Part shown: one piece after another, positions 1-12,742 of the stretch | Position numbering within the stretch: position 1 is the first letter of the stretch | Layout: the number at the start of each line of letters is the position of its first letter | Assembly: GCA_017499595.2 (NCBI GenBank) | Contig: CM039008.1 | Span: 496,001-560,000, forward strand | Reading direction: 5' to 3' | From: Psilocybe cubensis | Taxonomy: Eukaryota | DNA length: 64,000 bases | Program-made: the position numbers and the translations under genes | The notes under the pieces: generated by a model | Told to the model about the DNA's origin: nothing | The model's input: only the letters and a program-made list of their open reading frames with translations | The model's database searches: none

Positions 1-39
1 TGGCCCTGGGCATTGGCGAACCATGGGGTGGCGGGCGTA

Positions 40-836
40 GATGTCTGTTGGTCGGCGGGTGTCAATATATAGCGTCAACGCGCCCCACCCCGGAAGTCGA
101 TGAAGGGTGTCGAGGCAGAGTCCATCCCTCCTCCATGCTGGTCGGCGGACGTCAATACATGGCGTCAACGCATCCCCACCACCGGAACTCGATACAGAGT
201 GTCGACGCCTAGTCGACGCCTCCACTAACAAGGCCCCGACACCTCCCCACCACGAGTATCGGCTGAACGTGCTGGTCGGCGGACGTCGATACATGGCGTC
301 AGCGCATCCCACCACCGGAAGTTGATACATCGTGTCGAGGTAGAGTCCATTCCCGGCATCACTCGAGGCTGAATGTGTTGGTCGGCGGACGTCGATACAT
401 GGCGTCAGCGCATTCCCGGAAGTCGATGCAGCGTGTCGAGGCAGAGTCCATCCCCGACACCACCCCACCTCGAGTCTGGGCTGAATGTGCTGGTCGGCGG
501 ACGTCGATACATCGTGTCCACGCGTCCCCACCACCGGAAGTCTACGTCACGTCAAACGGCACCTCCCCACCTCAAGTGTCGGCTGAATGTGTTGGTCGGC
601 GGGCGTCAATACATAGCGTTAACGCGTCCCCAGGACCGGAAGTTGATACGTCGCGTCAAGGCAGAGTCAACGCCTCCACTAACGCATGAACGCTGCCTCG
701 AGACCACCCCACCTCGAGTGTCGGGTAGATGAGCTGGTCGGCGGGCATCGATATATAGTGTCAACGCAAACGCGACACATCTCCCGTCGTGAACTCATAC
801 CGCCGGGCGTCGATATATCGTGTTCGCGCATCCGTG
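40..836. repeat. Degenerate CpG-rich tandem array, at least 7 units of ~90-140 bp
   Basis: GGTCGGCGG core at 50, 140, 274, 380, 492, 594 and 736, each followed by CGTCRATAYAT-like and CCGGAAGT-like motifs. The array may extend left of the window. Confidence 0.85.
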
Positions 837-3800
837 GGTAAACTCCTCAGGGTCGCAGACGCGCACGGACCTATGTTCCGTCATCTGGAGACTAGAACTG
901 TGTCAATAGTTGTTTTTGGAAAGATATTAACTTGTACATACCTCGGGAACATACTTTCATGCCTTCAGGAGGATGGCTCTAGGATGTATTGGTGAACAAC
1001 TGCAAGATAAAAAGGTCAGAATAAGCTAATACAATGCACAGAGAGTACATACCAAAAATACAACGTCTGCACCCTCAGAAGCGCCCATGTGGCAGTCATA
1101 TTGTAGCAAAACTATTGAAAAAGGTCAGAAAAAGTGGAGGAACATCATGGAAAGACTTACAGAGTAGAGGGGACAGCAGAATGGAAAAGTCGAAAGCAAG
1201 GCAGCCGTGAACTCCTGGAATCAACTTTTAGTTTTTTGTTTGGCAGCACCACCATGAGCAAACATACCGACAAGGAGCTCAACTTGGCTTCAGACGCAAC
1301 CACGACCATGAAAAGGCCAGGATACGGCCAGAAAGACGCCCAGCATTATGGGCGCACATTGGTGGGTTCTCTCATTTGTACAAGCCTTTATATACTCATT
1401 TTCTGCCAAGATATTACATGAATTGTTAGGTTTTGTTGACGCGTCGAGCATACGCGCTGCGTTCAACAATCTTTGTTGATTCAAGGTACATTCTCTGCGC
1501 GTTTGAAGGTATGTTTTATTTCTCTCCGGTTGAACAGTACGCTATGTTGACGTTATCGGGTATGTTTGACTCCATTTTTTTCATTAGCTCCGGCACTTGA
1601 TTGACTGACGACTTCCTCACAAAAGATTTTAATGTAAGTTCTCTTTGCACAATTTTATTGGATTCATATTCCACTTCTCCATTTATCGACAGTAACGACG
1701 CGAATACGAACACTGCAACAGGACGCACGCTGCAAAAAATTGAAACCGGAGGGCGGCGTCAATGGTCAGGGTAGCATTTGTTTGAATAATCGTACGTTGC
1801 CGATTCCCCGAGTCTCTGTGCTATCCTGACAAACCTGAATTTGCTGGCAATCAGAATCTTACCCTGACTCTTCTGTTTCACCCACCACCACGTCTTTTCC
1901 CCTCTCCAAATTCATCCCCTCACTTCCACATTTTCTCCCCATTTTCACGGAGGATTGGATACACAGTGAGTATTCTTCAATGGTACAACGTGCAACGTGC
2001 TTACAATCTTTCAGGAGCTTTTGAAGCTACGCGTTGCTCCTGCAAACTCTTGTCCAAGAGTCCGTGCTTACTGGAAGCCACAGACGATTTCCCGTGTCAG
2101 ACACGAACAGGCGCCTCATGTCTGCGACTCCCCATCGTATTGGACTCTCAGACTACGCAATACCGAACCGTCAGGGAAAGTTTACCAGAGGTCAAGGCGA
2201 TTCAGGTTGTGAGTGGAGACTCTTCACGACAAGCAGAACTCACATTTTTGTCTGACAGTGTGCACGCGAACGCTGCTTTGTGAGTATCCTCTTGTCCTCA
2301 ATTTTATTTGTCTGCTAACTTTATTGCAGCTTCAGAGAACCGTGAAGACTTGACGCAGTGTTCACGCGCACTCGTCCTCAATTCGATATGTCTGCTAAAT
2401 TGATTGCAGCTTCAGAACCGTAAAGATTTGACGTGATATTGCTGGGACCGGTAGCTTGTACGTATCCACAATTTAATCCTATGAATAACACTGCATCATC
2501 CCTCTTGTTTAGGACATTATCGACCCTACTAACATCGCGTGTAACTCTCCAGAAATAACATCGAGGCATTACAATGGAGAATCTTCAGAATTCGGCCGTA
2601 GAATTTCCACCACATAACCTTTCCCCCATCCCCCATATCCGCTACTGTCCATTTCAAACACTTCTCTTGAGTTCCTGGCATGTGGACATCGGCTACATCC
2701 TCCCGGCATACGTCAACTGTGATGCTACTTGGGTGGTAAACGTAAAATAGCATTGGTTGATGCACAAATTTCGGGGTTCAACGAGAAGGTATGGTTATTT
2801 CATTTAGGTTCCTTCGCTTCAACTTCATTTTATAAGGTTTCTGTAGTCAGTATCGAGCTAAATATCGTTAAGCGCCGTGAATTTGTTTTAATATGAATAA
2901 CGTATTCTGCTCTTTTTTGACTCAACAAAGCTCGATTCAGTCTGGAATAATGTATAATTGCTCTAGCTACTACTCAGGGTCCGTAGATAGCTCCAAAATC
3001 GACGGAAAAAGTGCTTTGAAATGACATACGGACATGTTCTCCTCGCCTCCTTTAACACACTCACCCTCGTTTCCGAGGGCAAAATCGACTGGTAGGGCTT
3101 TAGACCTCGGCATCACTTCACTGACAATTAGCACCATACATTTCTGGAAGAGAATATGAGGTCATACCGGATACACAAGTCACAAGGCAAACATGCACTC
3201 TTCAAGATTAACTATGCCAAATTCGGGTTAATCTGGCAAACGGTCAATGTATTTCGGCCATGTCAGTGTCTAGTTAGCGTGTGCCAGCTGGAATACACGT
3301 ACCTGTAAAAAACATGAAGCCCCATTCACGTTTTACGGCAAGACAAAAGTCGCACCACATTCATCTCCTCCTCCCCCAAATCACGGATTAACACAATTCC
3401 AAACGTTTGCTGCATCTACCTGACATGTCAGCGCCGCATCAGTACATCCGGAGATAAGGAAGGTGAGATGTCGGCACTCTGGATGGCTGTAAAGTGTGGT
3501 TGAAAATGGTTTAACACCGAGTGTTCGGTTCATACGTATCTGCCCGTTGAACGGAAAACTGGGATTAATCTGCGCATAATCACTGTTGAATCGAGTATGA
3601 TATTTAGTAGTGGGTATAAATAGAGTGTAAGCTCGTACTCTTGTTGAGATTTGGAGAAAATTTGAGACAGGCATTTGTTAAGCGCCCAAAGCGTCATGAG
3701 AGCAATAACCACAAATTTTGCAGTCATAAAGTCATTATATTGTACCAAGTACATCAGAGAGTCAATGTAAGTGGTATACCTAAATGATACACACAGAGCA

Positions 3801-5689
3801 AAGGACATACCACAATGTCAATCAATTTTGTGGAAGAGATAACAAATGAAAACGGATGCGCATGCATCTTGTTCTCCTGGTTCAGTTCTCCGTTTCCAAC
3901 GCACCAAACATCTTTTCCTTGCATCTCGGGATAGCATCACGTCATGCTGTCACTGCTAGAGCAGATGCCGTCAATGTTCATGGAAGATTGGCAGAAATTG
4001 TTTGAGTGCGAACATACTTTGAATCGAGGGGACAGGGATGACATACCATGGCGCTATCGCTCAAATTGCATCTAGTGCGTCATTAACCACTGATTTACAT
4101 GTATAGATACGGGGAGTATATGAAATTACACAAGAGGTTGAGTGATTTTGACGAATATAAAATTTACAATGCACGCACTCATATATTTCTCAAATCCAAT
4201 GTGTTCGTTTGCAGATGCCGTTTTAACGCCATAGCCACTAATATACCTGTAAATATCGTACACCGTCAGTTTACAGACGGATAATGACTCGAGAGACCAC
4301 CAACAACTCACGAATGAATGACAACGCGAAATCACGACACAACCTCTCCTCCTCCCCCCATTCGCTCTAGCACTCGTTTCCAAACGTTTGCTTCGCTTGC
4401 ACGTACCCTTCATTGCACCCATCACCCCTAGCTCCGATCACGGCATGTGTCAGTCGAGATGTAGTGGAACAACTAGGTTGGATGAAGATGCGAGTTGGTA
4501 ATTGAATACATGGAGAATGAAATATACCCAACGGTGTTCTGTGCGGAAACGAGGTAAACGTCCGTATGGGGGTTGGTTTCTGGGTATACCATGATCTATT
4601 TCAGAGTAGTTGGGTCGCATCGAATGCACAGTGACGATGACATTGGAAAACGAAACGTACATAGGTGTCCTGTGATGATTTTCAATGAAAACATTGAATT
4701 TGGGTTAATCGGAAAAGATGGGTGTGGGTGTTGCACATAGTTAACATGCACCATAATCCTTAGCATGCACGATGAGTTTGGCAAAGATTTAGGATGGAAA
4801 AGTTGCGGGCAGGATAATGATACATGGATGCCGACATGCTCCCCATCCCCAAATTCGCCCGTTTCAACGATTCAAACGCTCGTTTCTCTCGGACCTGAAC
4901 ATCTTGACATCACGGAGTTTTATTCTCCGTACCTGTTCTGTAATGCTGCGATGGAAATTAGACTGGTGAGCATGGAAGATGTTGGAATTGAATGAAAATA
5001 CCGTGAATGCCCAGAGTGTAATTGCGCAGAGTCTAGCCTGGTTATCGTAAACGGGTTATGTTAATATGGCAACAGCTAGATCCTCCATGAATAGGCGATT
5101 CATCAAGTCCAGAGATGTGCAAAGAGGAAAGTTTGCAATGTTGAACAGCATCTAGAGCGAGTAATTCAAGGTTTACCACAGAAAAGCATCCATTCTTTAC
5201 AGATCAAAAATCCAGAGTTGAACGAGTCATTGAACAGAGGTAATTCCAGCAGGCATACATTCAGATGAGGACGATTCGAATCTCATATTTCGAAATCTAA
5301 TGAGCAGACGACGGCGCAGGTGAATGAAAGTCGAACCAAACATGTTGCTCAACCTCTCGCTTAGGTGGCGGACACACATTTCCCCCTTTGGACGGATATT
5401 CAACAGACATACGAATGCGGATACGAAAAGGTATAAAAGGAGGGTGGAGTTGACCTGGATTCCTCAGTTCGGTTCTCCCTCTCCTCCTGTTTTCCTCCTG
5501 CCTCGCCTCGCCTTGTCTGCCTACCCCGCCAGCCTTGACCACCTCGCTACGGTTGACAAAGTGAGTGCATGGGAGAGGCCAGCTTGACGTGGCAAACGTC
5601 AAGCGTCAGCAGCTGGTAAGTCATTTGTGACGCGCTTGTTGAAAAAACCGACATTTTCCAGGCAGTTGCGCGGTGAAGGATGTGTCCCT

Positions 5690-6025
5690 TGCTGAGAATG
5701 TCAGTATTCGCGACGTTTTTGTTGACCGAATTAATGCTTACCTGGTTTGCACAGCAATGACCCCGCCCCATGCTCTGAGAGAGGTGTTCGCGCTCCACGC
5801 GCTTAGAGGTGTTGTGGGCCGGACGCGCTGAGGATGTGGGTACCCGCTACGTGTTTGTTGAGAGAATTGCTGCTCACCTGGTTTGCATAGCAATAACAGG
5901 GGTGTCATGAACCCATACACTGAAGAGGTGCCCAGTCGGCCGGACCCGATGCGCTGAGGATATCAGTACGTGTGACACGTTTGTTGATATAACTACTACT
6001 CACCTAGTTTGCATAGCAACGTTCG
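5690..6025. repeat. Three degenerate ~130-bp tandem units, each with a minus-strand splice donor
   Basis: GCTGAGRAT at 5691, 5827 and 5953. CTYACCTRGTTTGCAYAGCAA at ~5737, 5873 and 5999; minus strand reads ...AG|GTRAG. Confidence 0.65.
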
Positions 6026-6425
6026 ACAGCTCCTACACGCTTAGAGAGTCGTTGTAGATGCAGCGTCCCCCCATTCCTATCCCTTTTCATGTCCGAGCAA
6101 TAACCGCCCCAAACCAAAGGAAAACCGCAAATGTAAGAAGTGCTTCGCATTGAAACTGGGAATCATTGCCTGGAATATGGTCGAGCAGTAGGCCGACAAT
6201 GCCCTGGTTGATCAGCGCTACACGATAAGACTCTAATTATCATTAATTTCTGAAGTGAAACAGAGAGTGCATACCATGGACACCTATGGCAGAAATGGAA
6301 CTCAGTACTGCTCTTTGAACCCGTTTTTGTGGGTGTTTTATCATATTGGAAAGTGTGTTTCCGAGTTCAGGACCTAAAAGCATGGGATGCATGCGTTCTA
6401 TTGCCGATATGAGACGACAATCGGA

Positions 6426-8291
6426 TTATACAAAGCCACAGTACGCACCATTCAGAGCCAAACATTTGAGTGTAGATCCCTTATCCATCGCAGAGAGAAT
6501 AAGAGAAGCGTCAATCAACCACTGTCGATGCAGAGGGTTTGTACAATTAGAAATCACTTCCGGAATATGATTGGTGAATTCGGCAGGTATCAGAAATCCT
6601 GAGCGTATCCGCACATGGATGTGGATGCAAATAATCAATTCAAGAATATCGTCTTGGAACATATCCCAATTTGACAGGGTCCCTCCCGGTTGCAGAAAAG
6701 CTACGAGTGAGCTAGCGCTCCAATTTAAGGAAGAATGGGTGGTCTGGACAAGAGACAGCATAACTGTAAGGTATGCTCGAGTTACATCGGAAGAGGTTTC
6801 AGTCTTGTCTAGGGAGGATAGAAGCTCCGTGATGTTGCGGGTCAAGACTCGTAATGGGTCTGCAATATACAAAGCCTCCTGCAACCTTGACGACATGGGT
6901 AGTCCCGCAATGGCACAGACTGGATCATCAAGTTTGAAGGTTCGCGCCAGTGAAAACAGACCAACGAGGACATCTGTCCTCAATTCGTCTGATGGAGGGT
7001 TTGAAACGAGCATGAGATGATATAAAGATGAGAATGTGTCGAAGATGCCCTTTGTCCATGTCCTACGTAGCTTGGTGGTGGACAAAAGGACATGATCGAG
7101 GTGGGTGTAAGAGCTGGTAACTCTCCGCGCCTTACGTCGGCGTTGGCGGGGAGTGAATACCAAGTGTCCAATTGCATCTGCCAGGAGAATGAGAGGAATA
7201 AAGACGCCAGGAATCTAATAAGAGATATGTTGATGTCCTTCATAGAATTCAAAGACCATCGCTTACAATTGGCAGCAAGCCAGATATCGGGGTATTAAAT
7301 GGGGAATTGGGATTGAGAAGCGGGCGAATGCTACATCCTAGGTAGAGGAGCATGGTGATGGCAATAAGCGTCGTCACAACTACCCCAATTCGCGGGTCGT
7401 CCTGAAACAATAAAATGACGAGGCCGCCGAAGAAGAGGTAAAAGGCAATGTGCAAGGTTATTGGCAGGGCATGTATAACAGCTCGTAGATGTCGCTGGTC
7501 GTCGCCGAAGAACCGTCGATGACGATTGCAGGCGTCGATTATAGGCAGTCCAGCTGATACAGGAATAAATTGGGATACCCACCCTTTCGCCAGGATTGTT
7601 CCAAAAGCACCCGTTAAGGCAAAGGTGAGGCTGACGAACCAGAGTCCATTCACCCATACCAAAGGTGATGAGGGTACAAAGGTTGTTGATAGTAGGGAAT
7701 TCTGACGAGTTTCCGACGACAAGGTTTGAATGAGGTCTCTGATCAAATTATTCGTGATAGCCTGAGGGTCTTGTTGGAGATCTTTTCGTGTCTTGATAAG
7801 AAAGGCAGTCAAAATGGCAGAAAACAGGCCCGCCTATAAATTGACGTCAGAAACAAAATTGTGGAACAAGCAAAACATACAAATATCAAGATGGTATCCA
7901 AGTCACAGTTCCATATTCTCATCAACTCTTCGCCTTTTGATTTGGTCAAGTCGAGGTACATCGACCAGACCTTTGCATCATCTGCTAGGTAGTCCGCGAA
8001 TGGGTTTCGGAGGTCTGCATTGGAGGTTGCCACGTATTCCCTAGCTGCCGTTTCAATGGATGCTCTCGATGGTGGCCGGTAGACTAATACGATTGTTGTT
8101 ATTGGTCTTTTTCAGGCGCATCTGAGGTAAAAAAACATACCCTTTGTGTCAGACAACCGTGATTCTGCCCTCTCCACGTCGCGGGGAAATGGAAAACGAT
8201 AAGCAAGCGCTGATAGAGTACTGGTCCCATTCCCTGATTGGATTCTCAGGCACCGTGCGACAATCTCCCAAAACGACGATTTCGCCTGCAT
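6426..8291 (-). CDS. DUF6535-domain membrane protein, multi-exon
   Basis: ORFs 7809-8033 (DDAKVWSMY...WNCDLDTILIF) and 7249-7812 (TAFLI...LQQDP...VWVNGLWFVSLTFAL...LAKGW) match the DUF6535 pattern. The gene continues in ORF 6426-7163. Start codon approximate. Confidence 0.75.
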
Positions 8292-8868
8292 GTGTTGTTC
8301 TTGAAGGTTTTCGCGTCTATGCCTGAGCAAGGTCGATAAATACGCCGTCCTCCTCGTTGCTTATAGTGAAAAAGTTAGACACTCGTGAGTCATACGCACC
8401 ATTGAATTTACGGTCGTGTGGCAATGCGAAGGGATTGGCACCCTGGCGGATTGGTTTTCCCAAATGATTTGCTGCCTCAAATAGAAATGCACTGGTTTAC
8501 ATACATGAATTGACAGCGATAAGTATGTATCGGCAGTTGACTTACCCTTCCATTGCTTCGAATCCCAAATAGACGCTCATTTGCATCATTCAATCATCTG
8601 GGAAAGTTAGTTTGGAAGGACCGAGGTTCGGATACGTCTCTCATCAGCAATACCGGGGCCAAGTAGGTAATGATCCGTAGTGATACGTAATTCTGTAGTG
8701 CCCATAGTAACGGTCCCATTTGGGTAACACACACTGATGTACCTGTAGCTTGGTACCAACGTGACATGGTACTCTGTAGTGATCTGTATTGTAACGCGAG
8801 TGCTGTGTAGCGGCGTGTAGCATGCTTACCATGGTCCATACCCCTCTGTATACAACTGACATACAAAT

Positions 8869-8939
8869 TGTAGCATACTACCACAGATTTGTAGCATGCT
8901 ACCACAGATTTGTAGCATGCTACCACAGATTTGTAGCAC
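8869..8939. repeat. 21-bp subterminal tandem repeat (TGTAGCATGCTACCACAGATT, ~3.4 copies)
   Basis: Units start at 8869, 8890, 8911 and 8932. The two central units contain the 12-bp palindrome GTAGCATGCTAC. Confidence 0.9.
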
Positions 8940-9206
8940 ATCATAACACACTGCAAATAGGTACAAAGGCATATATAGTATCCACTTTCATTTGTATAGT
9001 GTTGTGTGGCTATTCCTGCAAGTGCCAATATCACACTGAAAACCGAACCATTTTTGACTAAAATGGGCAATTTTAAAAATAGATAATCTATGTTTGGATC
9101 GGACCAAACATGTTTCTATTAGTAGATGCATAACTATTAATACGTGACGATCTAAATATGGTATCTTCTAATCCACACCCGGCAGCTGCCCCGCTCATTC
9201 ACCCAA

Positions 9207-11948
9207 CTACCCTTCTGGACCGTAATCTAGTTCCTCCTGTGGGATAGAATGGAGAGTCATCCTATAAGGGTTGGGGGGGTTCTTCGTAGGCCTCATAATA
9301 GCACTGATTATGGAGATCTAAATGATGCAAAGAAAGAAATGAATAAAAAAAGATACACACCATCCTTCCTCAGCCACTTCCCTACATAAGCGAGCCAAGC
9401 GAGGACCTTGGTTCAAGGTATCCTTCTCTGCCTCTGCTGCAACCAACATGCAGGCATCATACCTCAGGGAGTACTCCTCTCCCTTGAATTCAATACCCGA
9501 ACATGGACCACCTCTTGCAGGGTCAATCCCATCCCTCCACTCCTCAAGACAGTTGTGGATCTACAGCAAAATGCTTGTTAGCAAGGCAGTGCCAATAGCA
9601 GGAGAGAAATCAGAACTACACAACTGGCCACAAGCGCAAATGCTTTGTGGGGAAGCGATGTCTTGAAGAAATCCGTCTTTGTCTCCAGACCTTTGATGGG
9701 GACTGCAACCCCTTTTGTAGGATGGTAGAAGAAGTCCAGACAGATCTTCTTCACAAAAGGATGTCCAAATGGGACATCGTGATACTGGAAACAAATCAAT
9801 GAGTGGTAAGCCAGGTAAAATGGACGGCGAACTCACTCGGGTTTTGGCAACACCCCGGTGGTATTTACCATTGAGTAGCCAATATGCTACCCTGTCCTTG
9901 ATGTATTCGATCTCCCCCATCTGATTTTCAAACATATTGGGGTTCGCGGCGATGACCTCCGACGGGACTTCGAGGCCATACGCATTTTTGACCAGGGGTC
10001 TGATCATCGTCTTCAGTCTTCCCCGGAAGGTTGACGCGTAGACAAATGCCTAATGAGAACAGACACGTTAGTACGATATCCTTAAAAGAACACGCTAAAA
10101 ATATACCGTTACGGCGGTATTCCTGTCTAGGAGCGTTTTTTTCTCTGCAAAGTTATGTAAACCAATTAACTAAAATCACAGAAGACAGAACTTACTATCA
10201 GGCAACACTTTATCCGTGTTCATTCTTTCAAACACGGTTACTGCCATCTTCACACATCCATCGGCGACTAATAAGTGATTTTCCCGAGTGGGAAAGGGGA
10301 CCTCCTCTACTACATACAGGCACATCAGTTTGCGTGCAATTTTGAGCACATCTTTCCAGTAACCAGTAAAGGATGCAACTGAATGCTTGGATACTTCCCT
10401 AGCAGAAGAAGTACTGGACTTCTTATGAGCGATGTGTGCCTCACCAAGCACCTCATCATCGTCAGATGCTTCGTTGTTCTCCCTTGTCAAACCTTGGGAT
10501 ACGGCTCCTTGCGAAACAGCCGCCTTGCGCAATGCCTCAGGGCGAGGTGGCTTGTTCGCCCGATTACGACGACGGTGTTCTTGAAGAACATCCTCTACTT
10601 CCACAACCTATATCAATAATACATTAGCTAGACATTAAATACAGCAGAGAAATGATTACATGGGGGGAAGGCTGGCGGAGCAATGCCCTTGCTCTCCTCT
10701 CCTCTTCATCATCGGAAACTTCATCAACCACTGTCAAACATAGGTGGTAAGCAAACACGACATAAAGGTGGAGTTAAACCAACGCTGGGCAGCAGGCTCT
10801 TCATCATCTTGACCCGCGTCGTCGTAACCTTCATCACCGTCGACATATTGGAGAGCTTCTTCATCCCCAATATTCTCTTCATCAATTCCTTGCATGCATT
10901 CGTCCCCTGATGCTTCCTCAGATCGCCTTTCACCGTCACTATCCCCCTCTTCCTCCTCCTCATCTTCCTCCTGCTCTATGCCTTCGTAATCTTGTTGCTC
11001 CTCCTCGTCTTGATGGCTGATGCTAGCCTCTTGGTGGGCGTTATAGGCTGCTGGATGCACTGGCTGTTGTACGGGGGCATGTTGTGTTACAGGATGCACT
11101 GGTTGTTGTACGGGGGCATCGTAGTATTGGACAGAATTCTCTGCCGCAGGGGCAGCGTAACGCTGAACAGGATTTGCTGCGTGTTGTACAGGGCGCGGGA
11201 CAGGATGTGCTGCATGTTGTACGGGGCGCGGGACAGGATGTGCTGGCTGTTGTACCGGAGCAGCGGGGCGCTGGATGGGGGCAGTGGGTCTTTGGACAGC
11301 ATGATCAAGCTCTGAGTGCTCCTGATTTCTCTGAGCTGCACGTTGGATCTGGACAGGAGGGGGGGCACCCTGAGATTGTCGTGGGCTTGGTTGGACTTGT
11401 TGGACATCCCAAGGAGCAACTGAAGGCGTTGGCCTTGGTTGCATTTGAATAGGGGGACCTACATGCGACACAACGGTAACCTAGACGTGCTTGGAAGATA
11501 GCAAATTTAAGATTAGAACAGTAGACTCACCCCATTGCGAGGTTTCTTCAAGGGAGGCGCCATCTCATTTTCAGGCATGGCGCTAGTATCCACATTGGCG
11601 GCCCTTGACTTCCTCTTCCCAGCCTTCTCGAAGTCAATAAAAATGATGTTAGATGTTTTCTCCTGCCGAGCATTTACTCCACCAAGACCACGGGTGCTTC
11701 GGATAGGACGGCCATTGGGGTCTTTTTAATAAGGAGTTCAGTGAATCTCAACAAAGAAAATGCTAGTACAGACCTGCTTCAGGAGCCTGAGGTGGCTCGT
11801 TTTCTGCCACGGAGCTCGGACCCTGTTCAACCTCTTGTCCTAGATGGATAAAACATTAAGTATGCGGATGTAATGAGGATATATAGATGATACCTTCAAC
11901 CGTGGCATTGACAACCGCCTTTTTCTTTTTGGATCCTTTAGGTGGCAT
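9207..11948 (-). CDS. DUF6532-domain protein with basic N-terminus, P/Q/H-rich repeats and an acidic tract
   Basis: Starts MPPKGSKKKK (ATG 11948). ORF 10734-11471 has PVQQPAHP-like repeats and an E/D tract. C-terminal exons read PFGHPFVKKICLDFFY...LPHKAFALVASC...EEW...FKGEEYSLRY, matching the DUF6532 pattern. Exon limits approximate. Confidence 0.7.
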
Positions 11949-12219
11949 ATTGGGCTGGTTTGACGGTTGTAATGCAGAAATAGAGACAAGGGGTGGTGAA
12001 TTATGTCAAGCTACGATCCGGAGGTATGCGAAATTAGCATCTTTTCAAAATTTAAGGCGACGGACATCAGTCAAAAATATATCGTGCCATATAGAAATTA
12101 CAGGTACTGAAACAGTACCCCTATCTACTACAATATATCACATATACATTATAGTCAGATTCCATGTCCTACTTAGAGTTAAGTAAAGTTACATCTCAGA
12201 GGGGAAAAGACTGCACCTA

Positions 12220-12575
12220 TCATGATCGCGGATTATCCTGAGGGTGCATTAGAATAGGTATTCCCCGACTAATGAGGGATACCCGTAGACGGGCGATTTC
12301 GAGCTGGGTTTCAAACAGAAGATCTTCATTGGATTTATATGCTCGCATAATGTCGTCCATATAACAACGTAGCTCTGCCTGAACTTCTAGACACCTCTGT
12401 TCAGTGAGTTGAAATTGGTCAAGAGCCTTTTTAACGGCCTCTATGCCTTGATTCTAGAGGAAGGTGGATTAAAACATGAAAATAGACCTAAAACGAAGAA
12501 CTCTGCCTCTTCGGGTATGCTAGGGAGGCGGCGACTTTGAGGTTGCGAAGCGTTGTTGCTATTGGAATGGTTCAT
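12220..12575 (-). CDS. Small two-exon hypothetical coiled-coil protein (~100 aa)
   Basis: MNHSNSNNASQPQSRRLPSIPEEAEFFVL joins in frame across a GT..AG intron to EAVKKALDQFQLTEQRCLEVQAELR...LEIARLR...DNPRS*. Confidence 0.5.
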
Positions 12576-12742
12576 GATAAAGATAGGCAACAATTTGGTG
12601 TGGTGGTGGTGGCTTAAGTTCAAGACGATCAACACATTACGAACCATTAGCACTGTTGATTGCCGAAATACACTTAAATAGAATGACATAAAACCCGTAT
12701 ATGTCTACAAGTCCGTGTTCGAGATACAAGTAATGCTGCACC

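Noticed and set aside
107-732. ORFs with repeated LVGGRRY
   Set aside because: They are translations of the DNA repeat, open in several frames, with no protein family signal.
40-836. CRISPR-like array
   Set aside because: The sequence between cores is itself repetitive, the units are degenerate, there are no cas genes, and the context is eukaryotic.
2250-2440. ~80-100 bp local duplication around a splice acceptor
   Set aside because: Short and degenerate, with no coherent gene model.
6426-8291. DUF6535 gene as transposon cargo
   Set aside because: It lies outside the inferred left terminus at 8642 and belongs to a common expanded host family.
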